DNA of 57,482 nucleotides, counting the filler, from Diploschistes diacapsis (Eukaryota), in assembly GCA_023645945.1 (NCBI GenBank). It is 4 parts of 4 records of this genome, joined end to end, with 100 filler letters (N's around TTAATTAATTAA, not from the genome) between each part and the next. Parts side by side here need not be neighbours in the genome. Positions count along the whole stretch, not along the records: positions 14,421 to 28,738 come from JALAIB010000611.1; positions 28,839 to 43,119 come from JALAIB010000612.1; 2 more parts are not named here. One strand, 5' to 3'. Shown here in pieces: positions 24,100-36,234 of this stretch. The position numbers and the translations under genes are program-made. Numbering within the stretch: position 1 is the first letter of the stretch; every line of letters begins with the position of its first letter. The notes under the pieces are model-generated. The model was not told where the DNA came from, searched no databases, and saw nothing but the letters and a program-made list of their open reading frames with translations.

Positions 24100-27000
24100 T
24101 TCTAGCATGACGGAGCGGGCGCGGAACTTCCTTGAAGAGCTGCAGGTAATCATGGCGCAAGCGTATCAAAGTCCAAGCAAGCAAAAACACTCGCTTGCCA
24201 CTTCCTCATCCTTTGTAGCTCTACTATAAAAAGAACCAAGGGCCACTATCACGCCTCGAAGTGAAGTACGCTCTCACAAACTAGTTCCTCGTCCTCGGAT
24301 CCAACAACAGCTGCAAGACGCCAAAATAGTAGCCAATACGCAAAGCATGCGCCTCTTCAAACTCTTTGTTCTGCTCACGTATAAATAGCAATATCTTATC
24401 GTTCAGGATACTCCTCGCCCGACCTTGGCAGACATCGTCTCCAATGTCTAAGGAAAGCTGCACCGCATGCAGAAACACAGGGTACTTGTTGTTTTTGAAG
24501 CTCCTTATCGGAATTAACGTTTGGGGAAGAATTTATCAAGCTCTGATATACTTTTTAAGAGCAAACCTGAGTTTGCCAGGATGCGATTGACTGTATGTCG
24601 AGCGTTTTGATATGCCTGCGCCGACCTTAAATCGACGGTCATACCGGCTACTATTTCACACACAAGCTCCCCCCCCCACTCTAGCGGGTCTGGAAGTGGA
24701 ACACGATCGAACAACTCATCGATGAGCTCGAACCTAACCTAGTATCGTTCCTCAGGAGATAAGCAGCGGTAAATCCAGCTGTGCACCACGGGGTGGACCC
24801 AGCATTCTCTCGAGTCTATTAAGGAATAGTTTCGTAGCCTCCCAATGGGCGGATCTGAACATGGTGTTTGGATGAAACCTCGTAAGATAAATGTCCTCGA
24901 GTAATACCGAGGGGGACTGTTGGTGTCCGAAGAGATACTCAACTCCGATCTGGTCATCGTCGACCACGGAGTCTGGTCGCGGTATGTACACGTGTTTAGT
25001 CGTTACCGGAGAGTCCCGATCCCTACACTTAGAGTGATTCATGCTTCCTACTTATCAACAGGAGCCAGCGCTCACCGCTGGGATTTGCGCACTAGCGGAG
25101 ACCCTCTATTATATCTTCATGATCGAAATAGCTCTCAGCTTCCGCCATTACCGTAGATCGTTTCCTCTGCGCATCGAGGAAGCCAAGCAAGTCCAGCAAC
25201 ATGGCGGAGTTTGACTTGGAACTAGGGTAATTTGGTCCGGCGATCTTACGGTAAGACAGCTCCCAAGCGTAGAGAACCGACTTTTGTTCCAAGTCAATAG
25301 TAAGAGCGGCCTCTTGAAACAAGGCACCATGTGTTTCAACATCGTGGTACAACCCAATAAACTCCCTAACTGTGGTTTCTTCTTCACAAATGTGCGCCAC
25401 TGCCTGAATGATGGCTGGTGGCAGACCTCCTAATAAATCAAACAATTCCTGTAACGAGGTTCCTGTACTAGCTCCTGACGCACACATTTTCTGAAGAGGT
25501 TTAGTGAATCGTTGAAGTCAAAGGGGCCGACCCTCGTTCCGTTTGTTGCAGGCACAATTTGTCCCTTCACAAAGGCCAACAATTCGAGTCTCGCGTGGTG
25601 ATGAGAATTCTTCCGTGTTCAGCTCTTGGCATATATTCCATGAGATCAAAACTGTCAGACGCGGATCCAGTAAAGAGTTCCTTGTCGTCAGCTTAGTCTA
25701 TAATGAGAAGCCAAGGCTTAGCGTCGGCGCTCTCAAGGTTTTGCTTGATGGAGTGTAGTTTTGACGAAGCGGATTCTGAAGACTTAATGGCGGAACCCAG
25801 TGCTGCGCCAGTTGCCAGAAAGTCTGTGATAAAGTTGTCTTTAGTATCGGCCTTAACCCAGAAGACCGCTCTCTCTTTGATACTTTGCGCAGCAAACTCA
25901 TACACGATCTGGCCTTTCCTATGTTTGGGGCAAAGTTAGCAAGCTTTAATCTTACCAGGAGCTTCAGAAATTTGGGATTTACCCGGTTCCCGAAGACCGT
26001 GCAGAGCAATCCTTTGATGCAAGACTTCTGATTGTTCGAAGATACCCTGTATCTTTCGAAGTTCATGCACCCTCCTATAGAAGTTCGGATTACTATATCG
26101 TGGCAAAGTTGAAGGATTTTCTGGCTGTGCTGGCTCCTAACTGATATATCGTTAGTTGGCGTATATGTCTAGGAGTCCGACGGAAGAGGTACCGGCACAG
26201 ACCTAGTATGAAGCTTCGAAGAGGCGAAGCTCTTCGGTTTCTTGACCTGAATATTGTAGCTGGGGATACGACTGACTAGAAATGTATGGAATGGTGCACA
26301 GCCCTCTTGCACAATCAAGCAGGTCTTGCTCTTTATCTGGCCGACTGAGATAAGCCTCAGTTAGGGCGTCAATACCATCGAATTTAGTCCATTCCTCAAG
26401 GGCAATAGTATCGAGACCACGTCCACATCGAAGCGGAAGTACCTTCGGCTATCAAGCAGCTTCCTTCCGCGCTTGTCTTTAATGAATTTCTGCGCTTCAT
26501 TGGTGGCGTCTGTAGAGAGGTCGATGCAAGTCTTGACCACATCGTGAACTCGCAGCTTGGAATTACATAAGCCTTGCACATCTGTCCATCCTGTTCCCAC
26601 ACTGATGATACATCGCAAGCCCACCCCTGGAAAAAGACGCTCTGCTTCATTCAGAACTTCGAATATCGGGTTGCTTAATCGCATGGCGCCATCTACGAAG
26701 GTTGCGCCAGAGGCCTTCAAGGTCACAGGCTCAAAGAAGAGAGGCGCCGCGGACGTTGCTCGAGCTGCTTCCCAAATGTGACAGGTATAGTCCCTTTCTG
26801 TTGCTGAGGACGTCTCGTATGAGCGTAAGAGTACGGGATGTACAATTACTGACCGAGCTGCGCACACGAATCTGTTGTTCGCCTGTTATTAGCTGCTGGT
26901 GCTAATGAGATACTGCATCATCCTTGCGCAATTCCGGCCTGTCAGATTACCTGACTTACACTTTGCACGATGAATCTGCAGCACCCCTGAACAAGGCGTT

Positions 27001-27467
27001 CTTATCCAGACCACGCGCTTGAAGAAGCTCTTTAAATGCGGTCTCGAGGTTTCCTGCGTTAAAGAACGGTTTGCCCATGAAGCTGTTGATAGTCCGCATC
27101 ACAGTTGTGGAGCTCTCCTGAAAACCTTACTCGATAGTTCCTTGAAAACCTCGAGGCATTCGGAAATTGTCATCCGCAATCTGCCTAGCATAATCTCTAT
27201 CAAGCTGCGTATAGTCAGCCACCGTTGTCATCGGAAGGGCGAAGCAAATGGAGTGATGAAAGTAACAGAATCCCCCTGTGCAGACGGCTTTGTGCACGTG
27301 CCTCCTAATGAGATCAAATAGTCGCATGGTCGAGGTTCCTCGACCAACCAATCCTGCTGTTGAAAAACGCGAAAGATTCGCTGTAGGATCAAGAGAATTG
27401 CTAGGCCCTTAACACCTCTGCCATCTAGTGATAGGACTCTAAGCTCTCGATCGCGCGAGGAACTCAT
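24100..27467 (-). pseudogene. Decayed fungal NLR: patatin-like phospholipase + NB-ARC + helical C-terminus (3' limit uncertain)
   Basis: Patatin motifs: LRVLSLDGRGVKG, PRPCDY..GGTCT, LIEIMLGRLRMTISECL, WEAARATSAAP, FVDGA..NP. NB-ARC motifs: RIALHGLREPGKSQ (P-loop, ~25970-26010), VFWV, WLLIID*ADD (stop at 25693), RILITTRD, LGGLPPAIIQA, VHPVVHSW. Multiple stops and frameshifts. Confidence 0.85.
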
Positions 27468-28019
27468 AATAATCAATACTATAAGCACCACGTAATATAT
27501 GTGACTTGATGAGCTTATCAAAAGATATGTCTGCCTGTGTAATAAATCAATAATCAAGAATAAACACACAGTGTTAGCATGTGGATGCATATAATAGTAA
27601 TAAAACATGGACAGATAGGAAAACGTAGCCTGGGCTGTGCATTCACATCGAGTCTCCGACGGGGGATGAGGATGGCGTTACTATGCAACGATAGGTTATG
27701 CTTCGATACCACACCACCTGTCCAAGCCTCATCAGGTCCCCTGATGATATCTCACCGGAACAATATGCAGTCTTGTAGGTTTTGAGTATCGCTGCAGATA
27801 CTGTAAAACACTGTAAATGAAGGACCCGAAGGTTGGACTGTTACATCTTTGAAGCCAAAGAAAAGTAAAGGTCAATGGATTGAGGGCTGAATGATTGTGG
27901 AGGCAACAATATCATTTTTCTTTATCATATTCGCCATTCAAGACTTGGACAAGCTAGAGCGCGCCTTTCGTATTCAATTTCCTTTGCAGATATCCCTAAA
28001 GCTCTTGTCAGATTTCCAT

Positions 28020-28738
28020 ATGTTCTGCTCGTCTCTCAGCCAAAGACCCGATCTCCAAAGTCTGCTCCCAATCCTCAGGTCTTCAAAAGAGCCTCCTCTC
28101 ACAGGTAACTCGCCTTAACACCTGCCCTCGCTTTCCATATCCTTTCCCGCAACAACTTGGAAATGCCCGTCCCAATATACACTAATACTTTGCAGAATGT
28201 TCCCTTCAACACCATGATCTCTCCCTACCCATCGACCCTCTTCCCAATCAAAATCCATCAAGTCCAATCCCTCGACAATCAACAGCTTCAAAACGTCCTA
28301 GACACAACAACCACCCTTCTTCCGCATCATCGAGACCCGCAGCATTCCACCCTCCTCCCGCCCAGCAGCGACCCAAAGCCCAACCCCGCCTCCTCCGAAC
28401 CCTCATCCTTACATCTACCTCGCTAAGCCCCCCAAACGAAGCCACCACCCTCTCCCGCATCAACCGCCTCTCCGCCCTGACCAACAACAAAGACGCAGCA
28501 CTCGCCTTCCTTCTCACCACCGCCGACCCCACCAGAAGCCCCTCGACGCTCCAAGCCGAAAAAGAACAAGAAGGCACAGCGGCCTTTGCAAGGCTGCAAA
28601 TCCTGTAAGCCACATGCACGCTCGTGCATTCAACTTTCCCCAACTTCTCGTCCCCGCACTCCCTCCCTTGAAGCAAAGCCTAACCTATCCACCGAACTCA
28701 GCCTCCACACCCAATCTTCCCTCTTCACCACCCCACTC
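28020..28738 (+). CDS. Partial (contig-truncated) hypothetical protein, possibly an inactive ERCC4/XPF-fold protein
   Basis: Exon from ATG 28020 to donor ~28105, acceptor ttgcag at 28195. Reads MFCSSLSQRPDLQSLLPIL..ECSLQHHDLSLP..LRTLILT..TLSRINRLSALT..AALAFLL..AFARLQIL, then a gtaagc donor. Confidence 0.5.
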
Positions 28739-28838
28739 NNNNNNNNNNNNNNNNNNNNNNNNNNNNNNNNNNNNNNNNNNNNTTAATTAATTAANNNNNN
28801 NNNNNNNNNNNNNNNNNNNNNNNNNNNNNNNNNNNNNN
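28739..28838. other. Artificial contig-joining linker
   Basis: N44-TTAATTAATTAA-N44. Confidence 0.98.
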
Positions 28839-29160
28839 GTTGGTAGGGACGGTCATGCTTTGTATTGAGGGAAACTTCGACCGTTCGTAATTGGCCGTTG
28901 TGGTGGCCAGATTCGGAAGTGCTGATGAGGCTCAAGCTTTGGCTTTATTGCGTGATGCTGGTCCTTGGTCAGTGCGGAAAGCTTCAGCTGACACAATCAC
29001 TCATTACCACTTTGTTAACTTATCCAACTTTCTCTTCCAAAACTTTCAACTTCGAATAATTCAAGCAAAAGCTTACCGGCTTTACTTCTTTGCTGGCCGT
29101 ATTCCTTTACATCGATATTATTCATTTACTCTCACTTCTCAACTTTATCTCACTAAAGCC

Positions 29161-31912
29161 ATGGCTCACCGCGGTTATGACGAACGCCGTTCCAGTGGAG
29201 GCTACCGTTCCCGGATGCCAGATTACGATGATCGACATGGACGCTACGATCAGCGAGACGCACCTCCTGCGCATAGAGACACACCACCTCCACGAAGCTA
29301 TGAAGCTCCGAATGGTACAAGCTAGATCGGAGTTCTTCACCTTCACAGCTGGATAATTGCTAATTTGGAGCTACGAAGACTCGCGCAGGACTCCTCCAAG
29401 ACGAGATTCAGGTAGAAGCAGTTATCAAGACTCTCGAAGCTACAACGACAGCAGAGACTATGACGGCTACGATGGAGATCGACGGCCGCGAAGCCGCGGA
29501 GATCACCCTAGCCATCACGGAGGCTACAGAGACCGAGATCGAGAGGATTACAGATCCCCTGATTACAGTCGAAGCAGGAGCCAAAGCCTGCGAAGGAGCC
29601 CTCAAAGAAGTCCATCGCCATACTATGGAGGCCCTGCATCAAAGGAAGTGATGATGGATAACATACCTTTGGATTATGATGCGAAAGACGTTGGCCACCA
29701 CCCTCCCGCACATATTTGTCCATAAATATTTTGTGTTCTTGTTTTAGGTTCCGTACCATGACTGTTGCGGACCCTGGCTAAGATATGGCATGGCCGAGCA
29801 TTGGCCGTTGCATGAAACAGATTAGAAAAGACTTGAAAAAGTACTATCACGTCGATGACCTCGAAGATATCCGCGTCATCAAAGATCATCAGACAAGTGG
29901 GTGCCCCGGAGCTCGTGGAAGCCTAGAGTCTAATTCTTCGCCAGGACGATCCCGAGGCTTTGGGTTTCTGCGTTTCCCAACCTTAGAGAAGTCGAAGGCA
30001 TTTGTTGAGCAGAACTTTCCTACGCTGCATCTTGGGGATGATTCTTCAGATGGTGACGGCAAAGCAGTCAAAATTCGTATCCAATACAGCCGCGAACGTG
30101 GCGAGCGGTCACGTTCCGATCCTACGGAACTTGAATGGCTGTGCACAAATGTTGTGGCGATCCGTCGATTTCCTGTATACCGCTGACCACTTTGCAGTGC
30201 AATTTCACCAACTTTGCTGGACGCAAAGTGTGTCATAAATGCCAGCAGCGCTACGGGGGTATGTTGCCTCCCTTCCTGAACAGAGTTCATCTCTAAGGAA
30301 TTAGACGTCGCTTTGTCGGCTACTGCACCTACAAAACAACCCGAGTTCGTGAACAGCGGCGATAGCGATGTGTCTACGGACGGATCTCCTTCTCAGTTCC
30401 TTCTCATCCGAAGTCTCGAGCCTACAGTAACCGAAGAACTTCTGGCCAAAGGTGTTGCCAAACTTTACAAGCCCAACCCAGCAGCAGGGCAGGCAAATGC
30501 TAGTCAGCCCAACAAGGCCGCCAAAGTAGCTTCAACGACAGGCGATGCGAATTTAGGTGCCCGCGAAGGCAGCCTCCGAAGGATCCTCCTCGTCCGCGAT
30601 CGGCGCACTAACGACAGCTGGAGATATGGCTTTGCAGAATATGCATCTGTCGAGGTACGTTTGCTACCAATGCGATTCACACTATGCTAATAAACCTTAG
30701 GATGCTCAAGCTGCTTTGACTCGATACAACTCCTTCGCCAAGTTCACCATAGCTTCAAAACCGGTCATAGCTTCTTACATTCATGCTGGTGTCTTCGTCC
30801 CAGTCTTTAATTTCGACGAGGGATACGAAGTTTTCACTTTCAGCCCCCTTAGTACCACTGCAACCAGACTACAGTATTGGGACGAGAACGCCTATGCTAG
30901 TGAACTAGTTCTCGCAATACCAACCGGAACACCTACGTCTGGTGTAGAGTCCCAAACGCGAAGCGCTGCAGATGAGGCTGCGTTAGCTGCACAAAAGGAA
31001 GGTCTTGTTGCTGCAAGCGCAGAAGCTGATAACAAGGCAAAGAAGCGCAAATTAGAAGCGAAAGATTTATCAAAACAGAAAAAAGTAAGACTACAAGCTC
31101 GTTCACCATGCAGTATGGCTAAAAAATTGTAGGCTACTCCAGCTCACCTTCAATTCTGGAGCAACCGCCACGCCGAACTCCACGGCATCAAGCCGAAAAC
31201 GGACGCTTGCCCGGAAGACGCCAGTAACGATGGCGAGTCTCTAGCCTCCAAGCGTCCGGAACCCGAACCCACGGAAACACCCCCACAGTCCTACGCCAAC
31301 CGGGACAAGAAATGCTGCTATCTCTGCTCCCGCCAATTCAAGACGGAAACAGACGTCAACAAGCATGAGCGCCTCAGCGACCTCCACCGCACCAACCTCC
31401 GAAAACCCGACCTCGTCTCCCAAGCCATCGCAAAAATGAAGAAAGCCGGCATCTCCCTCGCGGCGGACGACGACGACGGCACCCCAGAGTACCGCGACCG
31501 CGCCAAAGAGCGCCGCCAAGCCTTCGGCTCCTCCACCAAGAAGATCTCGCTCCCCATGAAGAAGCCATCCCAACAACAACAACAACAACAGCAGCAGCAG
31601 CAGCAACAGCCCGCAAACCCCGCCGGGCCGACCAGCGACGAAAACGCCAAGCCCGCCACGAGCTCCAAGGGCGCGGCACTGCTGGGCAAGATGGGCTGGA
31701 CGTCGGGCCAAGGCCTGGGCGCGCAGGGCACCGGCCTGATGGCGCCGATCGCGACAGATCTGTACGTTGCTGGCGTCGGGTTGGGGGCCGAGGGCGGGAA
31801 GGTCGGGGATGCGGTGGAGGAGGCGGCGAGGAGTACGAAGGGAGGGTATCAGGAGTTTTTGGAGAGGGGAAAGGAGAGGGGGAGGGAGAGATTTAGGGCG
31901 TTGCAGGAGTGA
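29161..31912 (+). CDS. RBM5/RBM10-like RNA-binding splicing regulator (RS-rich, RRM, RanBP2 ZnF, RRM, C2H2, G-patch), multi-exon
   Basis: RSRGFGFLRF (RNP1), WLCTN|CNFTNFAGRKVCHKC, SWRYGFAEY, CYLCSRQF..HERLSDLH, YRDRAKERR and SKGAALLGKMGW..GQGLG. Confidence 0.9.
31571..31609 (+). repeat. CAA/CAG repeat encoding Q13 in the RBM5/10-like protein
   Basis: caacaacaacaacaacaacagcagcagcagcagcaacag. Confidence 0.9.
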
Positions 31913-32558
31913 GGTTGAGGATGAGTTTGAGTTTAAGGGGTGGGTTTGAAGGGTAGGGGAGAGGTGGGAGATGAAGGAATTGGTGGTTGCTGCTTGCTTG
32001 CCTGCTGAGACTTGGTCGATGCCTAGTCATTGTTAATTAAGTAACATTCCTTGAAGATGGAGGATGCTATCTATCTCTTGCTCTGTGTCTTTCTACAACA
32101 TAAAGCAGTAACTGGTGTATCCATTTCCAGCTTCTCATTTTGAGTTTGAAAGGAAACAATGAAACATTTTCGCGACAATTCAGTGCAACTGAAAAATTAA
32201 GAGTTTCATTTCAGGCTTCTGCAAGAAGCCCCTATCTTCCAGAGCTCGTAGCTAATCATGAGCTACATATAGTTGTACATCGTTTCATATGCCCCTCTGT
32301 CTGTTTCTAGCGTGAGCGTGAGCACCCCGTGTGACCCGAGTAGCTCTATCTAGTCCGTCTATCCATAATTTATATGCATATGCCCCATGTAGCCATGCAC
32401 CCGTGATCCGTGTATGCATCCAAATTCCGATCCCAGTCCTCAGTCCCGATCCCATAAAAAAAACCGTGTAAGCCCTAGTCTGGAAGGTACACCCACATGC
32501 TCATGAATAGAAGAGTTAGTCAGTCAGTCCGTACTTCTTACACAATCTCATCGCCTGT

Positions 32559-32585
32559 CTTTCTTTCTTTCTTTCTTTCTTTCTT
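32559..32585. repeat. (CTTT)n microsatellite
   Basis: Direct reading of the sequence, just downstream of the DUF3433 stop. Confidence 0.8.
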
Positions 32586-32636
32586 GTTTTTCTTGTTTTC
32601 CTTTCTTCTTGTTTCTCTTCGTCTCTTCCGCTCAGT

Positions 32637-35356
32637 TCACACTCTGAGGATTCTTCCACCCCTGTAAACCCAACCCCCACGTCTGACTCTCTCCCAACCC
32701 ACCAACCTCCCTACAAGATCCGCGCGAGACGCTGGCTCCCTCCACACATCGCCCGCCAGCACCCCCTCGCCAATAATCTCCCTCAACCCCCCCAGATACC
32801 TCACATCGACGGGCTGGGCCCTCTCGTTGACAAGCAATCTCCTTGCCGCTCCTGGAAAGAGCAAGAACCAAGACAACGCATAAAGGATGAGGAAGACGGT
32901 AAGGCAGTAGAGTGCCTTGGCGTCCGGGCGCATCAGGATCCGGCCGTCCTGACTGGAGGAGGATGTTCCAGGCATGCCTGGGTCGGCGACGAATTGGGCG
33001 GTGAAAATACCCCCGGCTAGTACGGGGATGGACCAAGAGAACAGCGCCAGCAGGGAGATCCAGGCGAGGCGGAAGTGCCGATTGATCAGCGCTCTCAAGC
33101 TAACCAACAAGGGAAGCTCAGAGGGGTAGGACAAGAGCAGGCTGTTGTCAGCGCTCACACCCCCTGAGCTGCGCGCGTTGCTTAAGGCGGCAAATGGTTC
33201 GAGGTATCTAAGCGCACTGTCCATGGACGCCCAGAGGAGTGGTAGAAATGTGCCGAGGAGGGCGGGTAGGAAGGAGTAGAGGAAGTTTGAGGGAGAAAAT
33301 GATTGAAACATAGCCGTTGCCGCAATCGCAGATGGAAGGAGAGGGAGGAAGCCGAAAAGGAGCTGACTGTTCAGGTAAGTCACAACAAGAAATGCGATCA
33401 GGAGGGCAAGCGCGATAAGGCTGAAGAGGAGCAGGTATGTTTCGCGAAGGAACCAGGGAACGCCGTGGTATCGGCCTCCGTGATTGGCTGATTGCCAGGA
33501 CTCAAAGGTTGAAGCCTGAGGGGGCTGTGCTTCTGGAGCGGTGTTTGTGTGTATCTGCCCGAGGCCCTTTTCAGGGTCATGCGCGGGAAGACCGGAGGGG
33601 GCGCCGATACCGTGGAAAATGTTCCCTGGACGAGAGGAGGACTCCCAATAGCCGATAGAGACAGGACGTGAAGAACCGCCTGAGCGAGTCTTGGCGCTTG
33701 TGCGATTGGGCTTTGTGAGGTTGGATGTCCGGCGGACGAGCACAAAAATGTCGGCGAGGGAGATGGGATCCCATTTGAGACCAGTAGAGTGGCGACTAAA
33801 GCGAAGGTAGGCGAGAATCAGAGCGATGATAAGGAGGGTGTACAGGAATATTAGTACGATAGAGACGGGTTGGACCGTGGTCCAGATGAAGGTACCATTG
33901 TTGACGGAGGGATAGAAGCGGGTTTGATAAAGCGAACTGGACAAGGGGATCGTGAAGATCGTGAGCCAAAAAATGATTGCGCAGTATCGCAACGAAGGCT
34001 CATGACCTCGAAACATTGAGCGATTGGGTATCAGAAAATTCGTAATGTACAGTGGAACGGAGTTGAGGACGTCTTGTTCTGGGTAATGATTTGCTTTTGT
34101 GAGCAAGGCGAATGGTAGGGTGCGTTGGATAGCACTTTGGATAACGAAGAGCCAGATGATGACGAGCGTAGCGAAGAATTGGGGAAGATATTCAAAGACG
34201 AAATATCGGCTGGTGCCCACACCATCATAGCCAAGAAGACCGTTGTGCTCAGCCCCAAGTGCGCATGATATGACAAGGAAAATGATTAAGATGATGCAGA
34301 AGAGGATGAGGGCCAGTATCGATAGAAGTCGTAGAGGCCTTGGTACAAAGTCTAACAGCGGATATCGAAGGTCGAGGTTGTGGGGATTGACGGGTATGAG
34401 GACATGTTGTCTAGGCTCCTCGCGTTCGGGTATCGTAGGTGTGACCGCTCGACTCTGCGGCCGCACGGGCGACTTGGGAGGTATCACTGGCGGCATTGGC
34501 TCGTCGCGCTTCGACACAGGCCTTGGTACTGATTCCGCTCTCAACTCCTGGGACGAACTCTGGTCCCCGGGCGTATCGATGCCTGAGATTCGTAGACTTT
34601 TCCTGGCAGGTGTAGCTTTCGAACTCAGAGACGAGACGTCGGGACTCTCTCGACTATCCCTGCTTCTGCCAGAGACCTCTTCATCCCTCGTCAGTTGATC
34701 AATGGCGAATTGGATGTAGGGAGCATCATCATGCCCCGGTGTTGGAGCGCTTGTTTCGACGCGAGAGTCGCGCCATGCCCTGGTCTGAGTTGGTACATGC
34801 CGCCTCTCGATCGGCTGCCGCTGCATCTTTTTTTCGCTTGCAGGAAAAATGTGTAGGGAAGACCGCTTAATGGCAGTTGTTGGTCTCGACTCGGTGGCGG
34901 GTGTCGCGGGTCCTTGTGGCGTCTCTTCCAGCGCCCGTTGTTCGGTCTGTGGTTCGGAGGCTCTTGTCACGGCTCGAATGAATTCTTCGGACGACAATCT
35001 CGGCTTTTCCGATGGGGTTCGTGACGGAGCTCTCGATGAAGTCGGCGTGTGCGCTGGAAGGATTATAGGCTCCTCTTCTTCCTCTTCCTCCGTAGCTACA
35101 GGCTCACGGCTTGGTTTAAGCTGGGATGGTGGAGTCTTATATCGTACTACTGTCGTCTGGTCATCGTTGCTGGGAGCGGAGTGATCTGAGAGAGAGTAGT
35201 AGTCCTCCGAGGCGGTGACCGATTGCTTAGACTCCGAATGCTGTAGCTGTGGTCGGCTTGCTGCAGGAAGTCAGTCTGACCTCATACACTGAAGAAGATG
35301 GGGGAGAGCTCACCGTTTACTTTTTGCAACTTCTTACTTCCCAGGTTCATAGCCAT
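32637..35356 (-). CDS. DUF3433-family fungal multi-pass membrane protein, 2 exons
   Basis: Exon 1 MAMNLGSKKLQKVN, intron 35313-35261, then SVTASEDYYSLS, YIQFAIDQLTRDEE, YPLLDFVP..LR, FEYLPQ, TGLKWDPISLADI, NFLYSFLP and two TM blocks. In frame with the 786-aa ORF. Confidence 0.8.
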
Positions 35357-35702
35357 TATACGTGAACAAGAAAAGCAAAACAAATATTGTACAAAACACA
35401 GAGACTGGAAGAATGCAAGCCGAAACGTCAAACATGCATGGTAAAGTCGTGGTGGATCTGGTGGGTGCCATGGCACTTTGAATATGGGGTTGAAAATAGA
35501 TGGCTGGCAATGGGATGGCTGGGACTGGGAGGGGCTGGGAATCACCAACGATCACGGTCACTGTAGTGCGCTCTGCAAGAGGATTTCGAGTGAGATTAAG
35601 CTAGTTGGACTTGGATCAGAAAATGAGATGGAGATGCGTATTCTAGCTGGTGATCCACATCCATTACCCAGTTGTGTGTTGTGTGTGTAGATAGCCCAAC
35701 AG

Positions 35703-35747
35703 GAAGAAAAAGAAGAAAAAAGAAAAAGAAAAAGAAAAAGAAAAAAA
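35703..35747. repeat. (GAAAAA)n purine tract upstream of the DUF3433 gene
   Basis: gaagaaaaagaagaaaaaagaaaaagaaaaagaaaaagaaaaaaa. Confidence 0.7.
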
Positions 35748-36234
35748 TGGCTACAGCGGGGAGAATAAGCGAGAATCAACTGCCAAGCCGCTAATTGGAA
35801 ACAAGCCTTGCCAAGACTGCCAAGCTTTTTGTCATCCAAAGTTCGCAGGTCTTGGCATTGAACATCAACTTGGACCAATGACCAATGTTCTCTGTATACT
35901 AGCGAGATATGCTTCGCCAACTGAGACTCAGACACCGATGGCTTTCAGTACCTATTCAATCATGTGACGCACGATATATGAACGCATAATTAAGAATGAT
36001 TGAAACCTGTCTCATACCGTGGCTGCGTAGGCCCCCGAAGAAAGTCTCCACAGCGCACAAAAGAGATGAGTAATCGGACGGACACGGTAGATAGGCTAAC
36101 TTATGATCTCATTCCTTCTAATGCATATCGCTATGCGCGCTAACGTCAGGTTGGTTTCCCTAAGATATGTGAAACAGTCGTTAAGAGGATATCTTATCCT
36201 TCAATACCTATACCTCTCTCTATACCAGCCAAGC

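Noticed and set aside
31241..31731. Poly-Cys, poly-Leu and poly-Ala/Val ORFs
   Set aside because: Antisense readings of the CAA/CAG polyQ tract.
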